Positions 1-8,625 of a stretch of 64,000 bases of DNA are shown here, piece by piece. This DNA comes from Pyrinomonadaceae bacterium (lineage in GTDB: Bacteria > Acidobacteriota > Blastocatellia > Pyrinomonadales > Pyrinomonadaceae), in NCBI GenBank assembly GCA_036400075.1, contig DASWLV010000225.1:500-64499 (forward strand). The letters run 5' to 3'. The number at the start of each line of letters is the position of its first letter. Positions within the stretch are counted from its first letter, which is position 1. Position numbers and translations under genes: made by a program. A model generated the notes under the pieces. It did not search any database, had not been told where the DNA came from, and saw only the letters and a program-made list of their open reading frames with translations.

Positions 1-310
1 TTGCCGTGCCGATCATATTGACCCGCATAGTTTTAACCGGGTCTTTAATCACCGTATCAATTCCGGCAATCGCCGCGGCGTGAATAACAACATCAGCGCC
101 GCGCATTGCTTCGGTCAAATGTTCGGCTTCCAAAACGTCGCCTTTGACGATTTTTAAATTCGGGTGGTCGGCGAAACCGCTATCGGTCAATGTGTCGCGG
201 TGAAAATTGTCGTAAGCCGTAATCCGGTTTTCCGCAATAAGATTTTTTATCAGCGTGTTGGCGATAAAACCTGCGCCGCCGGTGATAAAAATATTTTTAT
301 TAACAATCAC
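1..310 (-). CDS. NAD-dependent epimerase/dehydratase (extended SDR), N-terminal part; the gene runs off the window start
   Basis: Reverse translation from GTG at 308-310 reads VIVNKNIFITGGAGFIANTLIK...GADVVIHAAAIAG, with a Rossmann GxxGxxG motif. It starts 3 nt after the stop of the upstream oxidoreductase. It is absent from the ORF track because it is truncated by the window edge. Confidence 0.7.
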   Translation of the reverse strand, partial: MIVNKNIFITGGAGFIANTLIKNLIAENRITAYDNFHRDTLTDSGFADHPNLKIVKGDVLEAEHLTEAMRGADVVIHAAAIAGIDTVIKDPVKTMRVNMIGTA

Positions 311-313
311 TTT

Positions 314-1216
314 TTACTCTTTTCCAAAATTTCTGATTTTATGAACAAGCTCAATCGCTTTTTTCGATTCTTCGAGTCCAAATCCGTTTCCGGCGAGAAT
401 CTGCTCATAACATTTAGTGTGTAAATCGGTAAAACCGTCGCTGAATTCAAATTCGCGCCCGTTAATCAAAGTCGAACGAAAGGTTCGTTTTCCTTCGCTT
501 TTGGCAATTTCGGGCAAATCGTTTTCGTCAATCGAAAGCTGCCAGCTTACGTCTGCGCGCTCCAATTTCAAAAAACCGGCGGCTTTGTTGGCGTTGTGAT
601 ATTCGACTTTATTTTCAACGACATCACCGAAAACCCAAATCAGCATATCGAAAAAATGCACGCCGATGTTTGTTGCAATTCCGCCCGATTTATGAACGTC
701 GCCTTTCCAACTGAATTGATACCAGTTTCCGCGCGAAGTGATGTATTTCAAATCAACTTCAAAGCGCTCGCCTTTTGGCGCATTCGCAGCCATTTCGCGC
801 AAAGCAATCACATTCGGATGCAGGCGAAGCTGTAAAATTGTGTAAACTCGTCTTCCCGTTTCGCGTTCGATTTCAGTTAGAGGTTCGACATTCCAGGGAT
901 TCAAAACAATCGGTTTCTCGCAGATGACATCGGCATCGTGCCGTAGCCCGAAACGAATATGCGCGTCGTGCAGATAATTAGGCGAACAGACCGTTACGTA
1001 ATCGAGATGGACTTTCTGCCGTTTGAGCTTTTCGATATGACGATCAAAGCGTTCAAATTCGACAAAAAAATCAGCGTGCGGAAAATAGCTGTCCAAAATG
1101 CCGACCGAATCAAACGGATCAAGCGCGGCAATTAAATTATTGCCCGTATCTTTGATCGCTTTTAAATGTCTGGGCGCAATGTAGCCGGCTACTCCGATCA
1201 GCGCGAAGTTTTTCAT
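314..1216 (-). CDS. Gfo/Idh/MocA family oxidoreductase (WbpB/WlbA-like sugar-nucleotide 3-dehydrogenase)
   Basis: ORF 314..1303. The N-terminus MKNFALIGVAGYIAPRHLKAI is a typical Gfo/Idh/MocA Rossmann start. I chose the internal ATG at 1216 because it removes the overlap with the upstream gene (stop at 1224). Confidence 0.8.
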   Translation of the reverse strand: MKNFALIGVAGYIAPRHLKAIKDTGNNLIAALDPFDSVGILDSYFPHADFFVEFERFDRHIEKLKRQKVHLDYVTVCSPNYLHDAHIRFGLRHDADVICEKPIVLNPWNVEPLTEIERETGRRVYTILQLRLHPNVIALREMAANAPKGERFEVDLKYITSRGNWYQFSWKGDVHKSGGIATNIGVHFFDMLIWVFGDVVENKVEYHNANKAAGFLKLERADVSWQLSIDENDLPEIAKSEGKRTFRSTLINGREFEFSDGFTDLHTKCYEQILAGNGFGLEESKKAIELVHKIRNFGKE

Positions 1217-1223
1217 AAACCGC

Positions 1224-1805
1224 TTATTGTACCTTAAAAACTCTTCCGTCTCGAAGCTCATAACTCTCGCCGCTTTCAGGACAAACCGCGACGCCGTTTT
1301 CATCGAATTTTAAACGATGTCCGTATTCGCTCATCCAGCCGATGTGACGACTTGGATTTCCGACTACTAATGCATACGGCGGCACGAATTTCGTGACAAC
1401 TGCGCCTGCGCCGATGAAAGCAAATTCGCCGATGTCATTGCCGCAAACAATCGTTGCATTTGCGCCGATTGAAGCGCCGCGCCCGACACGCGTTTCGAGA
1501 TATTGATCGCGGCGATTGACGGCGCTGCGCGGATTGATAACGTTGGTAAAAACCATCGAAGGACCTAAAAATACGTCTTCTTCGCACACGACGCCGGTGT
1601 AAATCGAAACGTTGTTTTGCACTTTGCAGTTTTTTCCCAAAACAACGCCCGGCGATACGACCACATTCTGTCCGAGATTACAGTTTTCGCCGATTCGGCT
1701 GCCGGGCATAACGTGCGAAAAATGCCAGATTTTCGTCCCCGCGCCGATTTCCGCGCCTTCGTCAATAACGGCTGTTTCGTGTGCGAAGTATTTTTTTTCG
1801 GACAT
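1224..1805 (-). CDS. Hexapeptide-repeat (left-handed beta-helix) N-acetyltransferase, WbpD/WlbB-like
   Basis: ORF 1224..1826. It has repeated [LIV]G hexapeptide motifs (IGAGTKIWHFSHV, IGENCNLGQNVVV, IGANATIVCGNDIG). The start was taken at MSEKKYF (ATG 1805). It lies in an operon with the dehydrogenase and the epimerase. Confidence 0.8.
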   Translation of the reverse strand: MSEKKYFAHETAVIDEGAEIGAGTKIWHFSHVMPGSRIGENCNLGQNVVVSPGVVLGKNCKVQNNVSIYTGVVCEEDVFLGPSMVFTNVINPRSAVNRRDQYLETRVGRGASIGANATIVCGNDIGEFAFIGAGAVVTKFVPPYALVVGNPSRHIGWMSEYGHRLKFDENGVAVCPESGESYELRDGRVFKVQ

Positions 1806-1975
1806 ATTTCTAAACTGCTGCTTCAAACTCGGATTGCATTTTTTAAAATTCGTTTTTCAGATCGGCTTCTAATTTGAATCAAAATGTATCGAATATATTT
1901 CAGGGCGTTGAAACTGCGCTGGAAAAATGTTTTCATCATTTTACAAACTTTGCAAGGCAAAAGGAATTTCCAGAA

Positions 1976-3445
1976 GTGAACGGAAAAGAAAAAACTCTAG
2001 GCGAACTCAAGGCAAGCGGTTACGAAACACGCACGGTTAAAGACGAGCTGCGCGCGAATTTAATTCGCAAGATTCAAGCGGGCGAAAAACTTTTTAAGGG
2101 AATTGTCGGTTATGAAGAAACCGTGATTCCTCAATTAATTAACGCAATTCTCTCAAAGCACAACATCATTCTTTTAGGCACGCGCGGGCAGGCTAAAAGC
2201 CGAATTATACGTCAGCTTACAGATTTGCTCGACGAACAAATTCCGATTATCGCAGGTTCGGAAATCAACGATAATCCGTTTCATCCTTTGAGCGCTTACG
2301 GGCGACAGCAGATCGAGTTACACGGCGATGAAACCAAAATTGATTGGGTCGGGCGCGAACAGCGTTTTGTCGAAAAACTGGCGACGCCGGATGTGACGAT
2401 TGCCGACATCATCGGCGACGTTGATCCGATTAAAGCAGCCAAAGGCGGACATCTTTTAAGCGATGAATTAACGATTCATTTCGGCTTGCTGCCGCGCGCC
2501 AATCGCGGAATTTTCGCCATCAACGAATTGCCCGATTTGGCGGGAAAAATCCAGGTCGGACTTTTCAACATAATGCAGGAAGGCGACGTGCAGATTAAAG
2601 GTTATCCGGTGCGTTTGCCGCTCGATGTGATGCTTGTGTTTTCGGCAAACCCGGAAGATTACACGGCACGCGGCAAAATCATTACGCCTTTAAAAGACCG
2701 GATCGGCACGGAAATTATGACGCATTATCCGAAACACTTGGGCTTAGGCGTCGAAATTACCAAACAAGAGGCTTGGACTGAAAGAGATTCGGGTTTACAG
2801 GTTTTTATTCCCGAGTTTATTTCGGAAATTGTTGAGCAAATCGCCTTTGAAGCGCGCGATGACCAGCGGATTGATAAACGCAGCGGAATTTCGCAGCGTT
2901 TGCCGATTTCGGTTTTGGAAGCGGTCGTCTCGAACGCCGAACGGCGCGCGCTGTTAAATGACGAAACGGAAATTGTGCCGCGAATCTCTGACATTTACTC
3001 GGCTTTGCCCGCGATGACCGGAAAAATGGAACTTGAATACGAAGGCGAACAAGTCGGAGCAGAGCGCGTTGCGAAAGATTTAATCAAACGCGCCTGCGGG
3101 CAGATTTTTGAAGGCTTTTTCGTCGGCATTGATTTTACGCCAACCGTGCGGTGGTTCGACACGGGAAATAAATTAAAGCTCGCCGACACGGCAGCCGCCA
3201 ACGAATGCGTCTTTTTTCTTGAAGACGTGCCGGAATTGGCGGAAACCGCGCTCGTGCCGTTTGATTTTAATCGCGGGGAAGAAGCAAAGCTCGTCGCCGC
3301 CTGCGAATTTGTTTTGGAAGGCTTATATGCGCAAAACAAAATCTCGCGCAACGAAGAAGGCGGTTTTGAAGCCGTTACAAAAGCGCGTAAAGACCGTCGC
3401 GGAATGATTTATGATGATTTGAGCGATTTGGATAATTTTAATTAA
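1976..3445 (+). CDS. AAA+ ATPase, Mg-chelatase subunit I (ChlI/BchI)-like / sigma-54-interaction-domain family
   Basis: ORF 1874..3445. Walker A is LLGTRGQAKS and Walker B-like is GIFAINELPD, followed by VMLVFSANPEDYT. Homologues as I recall them begin near TLGELKASGY, so I prefer GTG 1976 (AAGGAA 9 nt upstream) over TTG 1874. Confidence 0.75.
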   Translation: MNGKEKTLGELKASGYETRTVKDELRANLIRKIQAGEKLFKGIVGYEETVIPQLINAILSKHNIILLGTRGQAKSRIIRQLTDLLDEQIPIIAGSEINDNPFHPLSAYGRQQIELHGDETKIDWVGREQRFVEKLATPDVTIADIIGDVDPIKAAKGGHLLSDELTIHFGLLPRANRGIFAINELPDLAGKIQVGLFNIMQEGDVQIKGYPVRLPLDVMLVFSANPEDYTARGKIITPLKDRIGTEIMTHYPKHLGLGVEITKQEAWTERDSGLQVFIPEFISEIVEQIAFEARDDQRIDKRSGISQRLPISVLEAVVSNAERRALLNDETEIVPRISDIYSALPAMTGKMELEYEGEQVGAERVAKDLIKRACGQIFEGFFVGIDFTPTVRWFDTGNKLKLADTAAANECVFFLEDVPELAETALVPFDFNRGEEAKLVAACEFVLEGLYAQNKISRNEEGGFEAVTKARKDRRGMIYDDLSDLDNFN

Positions 3446-3460
3446 ACGGAGGCTTTTGAA

Positions 3461-3655
3461 ATGAGTCAAATAACGGTCGAAACTGAAATCGAAAAACGCC
3501 GTGCCGAATTGTGCGAGATGGCGAAAAATCAAGGCGTTAAACCGGTGCAAAAAGTCGAAGATTTGTACGGAGATTTTGCAGATGATGTAGATATTGATGA
3601 ATTTCTGGAAATAATTCGGGAAATAAGAAATTCACACGAAAATAGTAAGAATTAA
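3461..3655 (+). CDS. Type II antitoxin (VapB-like partner of a PIN toxin)
   Basis: A 64-aa acidic protein with GGAGG 8 nt upstream. Its C-terminal DEFLEIIREIR motif is typical of antitoxins paired with PIN toxins. Its stop overlaps the toxin ATG (TAATG). Confidence 0.6.
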   Translation: MSQITVETEIEKRRAELCEMAKNQGVKPVQKVEDLYGDFADDVDIDEFLEIIREIRNSHENSKN

Positions 3656-4059
3656 TGGAAGATTTTGTTTTGGCTGATACAAACGTCGTTTCGTACCTTT
3701 TCAAAAAAGACACGCGAGGCAGCGTTTACAAACCGCATATCGAACACAAATTGGTGTTTATCGCCGCGCAAACTTTTGCCGAAATCGAACTTCTACCTTT
3801 TAACAACAAGTGGAGTCGGAAACGTCACGAAAAATTACGCGAGAACTTGAAAAATTATGTTTTTATTGAAGCGAGTCGGGAAATAAGCGTAAAGTGAGCT
3901 GAAATTCAAGCCGAAGCACGAAAAAAAGGTAAACCTGTTTCGGTTGGCGACGCTTGGATTGCTGCAACGGCTTTGATTTACAATATTCCGCTCGTTACTC
4001 ACAATCCTGATGATTTTAAAAATATTTCCGGTTTAAAAATTATTACGGAAAAACATTGA
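3655..4059 (+). pseudogene. vapC: PIN-domain VapC-like toxin interrupted by an in-frame TGA at 3895-3897
   Basis: ORF 3655..3897 (MEDFVLADTNVV...) continues in the same frame after the TGA as AEIQAEARKKGKPVSVGDAWIAATALIYNIPLVTHNPDDFKNISGLKIITEKH, up to TGA 4057-4059. The PIN acidic residues are split across the stop: D8 and E in TFAEIE lie before it, D in GDAWIAATA and NPDD lie after it. Confidence 0.75.
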
Positions 4060-4060
4060 T

Positions 4061-4438
4061 TTATCTTTCAAAAATAACTTGAGCGATAGCATGTTCGGTC
4101 GTGTGCGAAAGCGAAAGATGTGTTCGCGTTGCACCAAGTGAATCAAAAACATGTTTTGCCCCGCCTCGAATTTCCAAACGAGGCGCGCCGTTTTCGTCGC
4201 CGCAGACTTCGATGTCCTGCCAGCCGACTGCGCCGCGCCAGCCGGTTCTTAAAGCCTTGAGCGTCGCTTCTTTGGCGGCAAACCGCGCGGCGTAATGCTG
4301 CGCCGCGACGACGCCTTTGCTATCACAATAAGCGCGTTCTCGCTCGGTAAAAACACGCACGACAAAACGCGGCGTGCGCTCGATTGTTTGCCGGATGCGG
4401 TAAACTTCAACTATGTCAACTCCGATTGAAACTATCAC
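4061..4438 (-). CDS. acpS: Holo-[acyl-carrier-protein] synthase
   Basis: ORF 4061..4510. From GTG 4438 the protein starts MIVSIGVDIVEVYRI, the canonical AcpS N-terminus. FAAKEATLKAL and the C-terminal SLSHTTEHAIAQVIFE also fit. Confidence 0.85.
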   Translation of the reverse strand: MIVSIGVDIVEVYRIRQTIERTPRFVVRVFTERERAYCDSKGVVAAQHYAARFAAKEATLKALRTGWRGAVGWQDIEVCGDENGAPRLEIRGGAKHVFDSLGATRTHLSLSHTTEHAIAQVIFER

Positions 4439-5279
4439 GACAGAAAATTTAACTGACGAAAGTTTAGCCGAAAAGGGTTTTCGCTGGCGAGAAAAAGACG
4501 GCGTTCGCATTCTAACCTGCGTCGCTTTGGAGCAAGAAGGCTTCGTAAACGGTTTTTCGACCAGAACCGGAGGTATCAGCCCTTTTCCCGAAAAAGATTT
4601 AAATCTCGCGGGTTTTGACGACGATTCACCGGAAAATATCTACGAAAACCGCCGCCGCTTTTTAAAAGCCTTTGAAGGCGAATGGAAAATCGCCTCGTGC
4701 TGGCAGATTCATAGCGATTTAATCAGGTACGTCAAAGATTTTTCGGATGCTGATGACGGCAATTACAAAATGGACGCGCTCGTTTCCGACGCGCCGAAAG
4801 TTTTGCTCGGAGTAAAAACGGCGGATTGTGTTCCGGTTTTGCTCGGAGACGTGAAAATGCGAGCGTTCGCGGCTATTCACGCAGGCTGGCGGGGAACGGT
4901 AGCTTCGATTGTGCCGAAAACAATTGCGGAAATGCGGGAAAAATTCGGCACAAATCCGCGAGATTTGATTGCGGCAATCGGTCCGGCGGCTTCGGGCAGA
5001 AATTACGAAGTCGGCGGGGACGTGATCGAGCTTTTTCAACAGAATTTTCCCGAAAATTACCAAGATTTTTTCGCGCCGACGCGAGAAAATCACGCTCTTG
5101 TCGATTTATTCAAAGCCAATAATTTTCAGCTTCTATTCAGCGGCGTTGCGTCCGAAAACGTTTACATTTCAGAGCTTTGCACAATGGAACGAACCGATTT
5201 GTTTTTCTCTTACCGTGTCGAAAAACGACTTTACGGCAAAACCGGCAGATTGCTCTCTGTAATCGGAAGACAAAGTTGA
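4413..5279 (+). CDS. pgeF: Peptidoglycan editing factor PgeF (YfiH/DUF152 laccase-domain family)
   Basis: Motifs GFSTRTGGIS, KTADCVPVLL, AIHAGWRG and CTMERTDLFFSYR are present. Confidence 0.85.
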   Translation: MSTPIETITTENLTDESLAEKGFRWREKDGVRILTCVALEQEGFVNGFSTRTGGISPFPEKDLNLAGFDDDSPENIYENRRRFLKAFEGEWKIASCWQIHSDLIRYVKDFSDADDGNYKMDALVSDAPKVLLGVKTADCVPVLLGDVKMRAFAAIHAGWRGTVASIVPKTIAEMREKFGTNPRDLIAAIGPAASGRNYEVGGDVIELFQQNFPENYQDFFAPTRENHALVDLFKANNFQLLFSGVASENVYISELCTMERTDLFFSYRVEKRLYGKTGRLLSVIGRQS

Positions 5280-5339
5280 TTTCACCACAGAGACATGGAG
5301 ATTTAAACAATAATAATCTCCATGTCTCTGTGGTGAAAT
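5279..5339. terminator. About 25-bp near-perfect hairpin between convergent pgeF and the DsbD-N-like gene (bidirectional terminator candidate)
   Basis: ttcaccacagagacatggagat (5281-5302) is perfectly complementary to atctccatgtctctgtggtgaa (5316-5337). Flanking pairs extend the stem, and the loop is 11 nt. Confidence 0.6.
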
Positions 5340-5340
5340 T

Positions 5341-5823
5341 TTATCGAACAGACGCGCTTAAAGTTACATCGCCGCTGCGTGGCGGATAGCAAACTTCGTC
5401 CGTGCAGCTTTGATAATCAACGACGGCGCGAATTTTAGCGACATTGCCTTTAAAATTCGGAGGCACTGTGACATTAACTCGAAGAACTGTCCGTCCTTCG
5501 TAAACGCTTAAAGGCGTGTTGGAAAAGCTGAAAGTTTTGACTTTTCCGCTCGGATAATTCACTGCGCCGAACTTCAGTCCAGCACCTGAAATTCTTAATC
5601 TGGTCGGAATCAACTCGCGTTTGCTCGGTTTGTTTGAATTCGTATGAAGATCGCCGGGAATGTCTAAAATGATTGAAACGACGGCGGTTTTGCCTTTTTC
5701 CAGCCGTCCGTTGCCGACTTCGCCGCCAATGTTAATGTTTTGCGCCGAAACCTCGGAAGCAGCGCCGAAAATAAAGACAAACGCCAAAGCGAAAATAATT
5801 TTACCTGCCAATTTATAAATCAT
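5341..5823 (-). CDS. Secreted protein with a DsbD N-terminal / DsbC-corrector-like domain
   Basis: ORF 5341..5868, with the start taken at MIYKLAGKIIFALAFVFIFGAA (signal peptide). HTNSNKPSKRELIPTRL and the C-terminal YQSCTDEVCYPP resemble the thiol:disulfide interchange DsbD alpha domain. Confidence 0.55.
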   Translation of the reverse strand: MIYKLAGKIIFALAFVFIFGAASEVSAQNINIGGEVGNGRLEKGKTAVVSIILDIPGDLHTNSNKPSKRELIPTRLRISGAGLKFGAVNYPSGKVKTFSFSNTPLSVYEGRTVLRVNVTVPPNFKGNVAKIRAVVDYQSCTDEVCYPPRSGDVTLSASVR

Positions 5824-5927
5824 AGTTTTTCGTAAAATTCGGAGAGTATGTTCGGATTTTACCGACAAAATAATTTCCAGCGCAAATGCGCTTACTCGTA
5901 AAAATACGGTTCAAACTAATTTTCGGT

Positions 5928-7016
5928 TTAAACGGCTGTGATTTGCACCAGATTCGGGGTGCTTTTTGCGGCAAGCTGCCCGCAAGCGGCGTAAATGTCG
6001 CGCCCGCGCGGTCGGCGGACAAAAGCGTCAACGCCTTTGCTCGCCAGAATCTCCTGAAAACGCTCGATTTGCTCCCACGATGACGGGCGATATTCAAGCG
6101 GCTCGGCGGAATTGTGCGGAATCAGATTGATTTTAACGTGCCGGAAATTGTATTGGTTAATTAAATTTGCAAGCTGGCGGGCGTGTTCATCCGAATCGTT
6201 GACGCCTGCTAGCATCACGTATTCAAACGTAAAACGCTCGTTCGGTTTGAGAGATTTTTCAAATTCCTGACAAGCAAGCATTAAATCTTCAATTTTCCAG
6301 CGTTTGTTAATCGGCATTAATTTGTTCCGCAACTCATCGTTCGGCGCAGACAAAGAAATTGCCAGATGCGGGCGCGCTTCGGTTTTAGCGAGTTCATAAA
6401 TTTTCGGCACTATTCCCGCAGTTGAAACCGTTACGCGATTCGGGACGATAAACAAACCTTCCTCGTCCGACATTATTTTCAGAGCTTTGAGCAAATTCTC
6501 AAAATTCAGAAACGGCTCGCCGGCGCCCATTGCGACCAGATTTGTTCCGTGCGGCGTTTCGTTTCCCGCGCCGTAAACGTCGTTTAAAACAATAATAATT
6601 TGCTCGACGATTTCACCGGCGGTCAAGTTTCTCAGAAGACCGAGCTTTGCCGTCAAACAAAAATCGCATTTTAGCGGACAGCCGGATTGAGAGGAAAAAC
6701 AAATCGTGTCGCGGTTTTCCGTCGGAATAAAAACGGCTTCGACCGGCAGATCGTCTTCGGTTTTCATCAAAAACCGGCGCGTTCCGTCTTCGGAAACATA
6801 TTTAGATTCAACTGTTAAACTCTGCGTTTTGGTAGTTTCGCCGAGCTTTGCGCGAAAGTCTTTGGGTAAATCAGTCATTGCGTCGAACGACAATACCCGC
6901 CGATTATGCAAATTTTTAAAAATCTGACGCGCGCGAAACTTCGGCTCGCCCAAATTTTGTACTAATTCGGTGAGTTCAGCCGGCTGCAATTCCGTTAAAT
7001 GCGTTTTCTGTTCCAT
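5928..7016 (-). CDS. rlmN: 23S rRNA/tRNA (adenine-C2)-methyltransferase, radical SAM
   Basis: It has FRARQIF, the radical-SAM cluster motif CPLKCDFCLT, GAGEP, and the C-terminal DIYAACGQL. Confidence 0.92.
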   Translation of the reverse strand: MEQKTHLTELQPAELTELVQNLGEPKFRARQIFKNLHNRRVLSFDAMTDLPKDFRAKLGETTKTQSLTVESKYVSEDGTRRFLMKTEDDLPVEAVFIPTENRDTICFSSQSGCPLKCDFCLTAKLGLLRNLTAGEIVEQIIIVLNDVYGAGNETPHGTNLVAMGAGEPFLNFENLLKALKIMSDEEGLFIVPNRVTVSTAGIVPKIYELAKTEARPHLAISLSAPNDELRNKLMPINKRWKIEDLMLACQEFEKSLKPNERFTFEYVMLAGVNDSDEHARQLANLINQYNFRHVKINLIPHNSAEPLEYRPSSWEQIERFQEILASKGVDAFVRRPRGRDIYAACGQLAAKSTPNLVQITAV

Positions 7017-7066
7017 TTCTTTTGATTTTAGCTTATTTTAACCGTTAAGTAATTCTTCGCGTTTTT

Positions 7067-8008
7067 ATGTCAAAAAATAAAATTTACGGTTTAACCGTTC
7101 GTCAATGGACGGCTTTGCTTGTTGTTGTTATCGGCTTAATCGTTTTCGGCTGCCGCGCCTGTTACAACTTCGTTAGTGACCAACCGTCAAACAATGTAAA
7201 TAATGCAAATGTTGTAGTTGAATCAAACCAAACCAATAAAAAACCTTCGCGCCCGACGCAGAATCCCTCTTCAAGTCTAACAGTCGAACAGGCGACGGAA
7301 ATTTATTTAAGATTGGGAAATCCGAGCGGAGCCAACAATTCCGATCCGAACAATCTTTTGATGGTCAAACCGTATTATGCGCTGTCTTACAATCGCTCGC
7401 GCGGCACGGCGAATTGGGTTTCTTGGCGCGTCACTCAAGCAGACATCGGAAATGTCGAGCGCGCCAACGATTTTCGTCCCGATCCGAATTTGCCGTCGGG
7501 TTTTCCGCGGGTAACGCCCAGTGATTACACCGGAAGCGGTTTTGACCGCGGTCATCTGGTTCCGTCCAAAGACCGCTCAAATACGCCGGAAGCCAACAGC
7601 GCGACGTTTTTTATGTCAAATATCGTTCCGCAAGAACCTGACAGCAATCAAGGCGTTTGGAAATCTCTCGAAGATGAAAGCCGCAGACTCGTCGAACAGG
7701 GAAATGAGATTTACGTCGTCGCCGGAATTACGGGTGAACGTGGTCGGGTGAAAAATAAAGTGGCTATTCCGGCGAGTATGTGGAAAATCGTCGTCGTTTT
7801 GCCAAACGGCTCCGATATTTCAGAAATCAATGCGAACACGCGGATTATTGCTGTTGACATTCCAAATGCGAAAGGTGTTCGCAACGACGACTGGCGAAAG
7901 TATCGCACGACAATTCGACAAATCGAACAAAAAACAGGCTATAACTTGCTTTCCGGCTTGCCGCCAAACGTTCAAGACGCAATCGAAACGAAAATGGACA
8001 GCCGTTAA
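7067..8008 (+). CDS. nucA: Membrane-anchored/secreted DNA/RNA non-specific endonuclease (NucA-type beta-beta-alpha-Me)
   Basis: It has an N-terminal TM segment. The catalytic motif is FDRGHLVPSKDRSNTPEANSATFFMSNIVPQ (DRGH...N...N). Confidence 0.85.
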   Translation: MSKNKIYGLTVRQWTALLVVVIGLIVFGCRACYNFVSDQPSNNVNNANVVVESNQTNKKPSRPTQNPSSSLTVEQATEIYLRLGNPSGANNSDPNNLLMVKPYYALSYNRSRGTANWVSWRVTQADIGNVERANDFRPDPNLPSGFPRVTPSDYTGSGFDRGHLVPSKDRSNTPEANSATFFMSNIVPQEPDSNQGVWKSLEDESRRLVEQGNEIYVVAGITGERGRVKNKVAIPASMWKIVVVLPNGSDISEINANTRIIAVDIPNAKGVRNDDWRKYRTTIRQIEQKTGYNLLSGLPPNVQDAIETKMDSR

Positions 8009-8041
8009 GTCTTCCATTTTTAATTGTTTGAAATTCTTTGA

Positions 8042-8611
8042 TTAACTTCCCGCTTGCCATTGTTTAATCGCGTCGAGCGGATAAATGAGCATCAGAATAT
8101 TGAGCAACAAACTATCTCTAATCCAGAAAATCAATATTGTTTCGATTGCTAGAAAAACAATCAAAGAACGTATAAAACCTAAACTGCGCGCAATTGCGAA
8201 ACCGATTCCGCAGCTTACTACATCGCCGAAAGAGTTAATAATTGTGTCGCCGGAATAACCGAGCGCGGCTGTATTTTCGCGGTAACGCTCGATGACAAAC
8301 CTTGAATTCTCCAAAACTTCCCAACCTGCTTCAATCGCAACTGCCGCCCAGAGCTGCCATTCACGCGCCAAACGCGGAAAAATCAAAGTTATCAGCCAGC
8401 AGAAAAGAAAACCGTGCAAAAGATGCGTAAAGCTATAAGGATCAAGGAAATGCTGTGAAGTATTTGAACTCCAGGCATCACTCACCCAGAGAAAAATTCC
8501 GCATTCGCAAAACCACAAACGTCCCTGGCTGCGAAGCGCGCCTACGAGAATCAAAACGGTAACTGCGATTGCAATCCGCGCCCAATTTTTTCTCGAAAGA
8601 ATTTGTCGCAT
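8042..8611 (-). CDS. DUF2585/UPF0314 family membrane protein
   Basis: CECGIFLWVSDAWSSNTSQHFLDPYSFTHLLHGFLF and GWEVLENSRFVIERYR match the UPF0314 signature as I recall it. Confidence 0.7.
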   Translation of the reverse strand: MRQILSRKNWARIAIAVTVLILVGALRSQGRLWFCECGIFLWVSDAWSSNTSQHFLDPYSFTHLLHGFLFCWLITLIFPRLAREWQLWAAVAIEAGWEVLENSRFVIERYRENTAALGYSGDTIINSFGDVVSCGIGFAIARSLGFIRSLIVFLAIETILIFWIRDSLLLNILMLIYPLDAIKQWQAGS

Positions 8612-8625
8612 TTGTAATTGCCGGT

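Noticed and set aside
3895-3897. TGA recoded as Trp or Sec (alternative genetic code)
   Set aside because: Many well-supported genes in the window terminate at TGA at the expected protein end (for example dnaN and pgeF). No SECIS-like context was seen. A nonsense mutation or leaky stop is more parsimonious.
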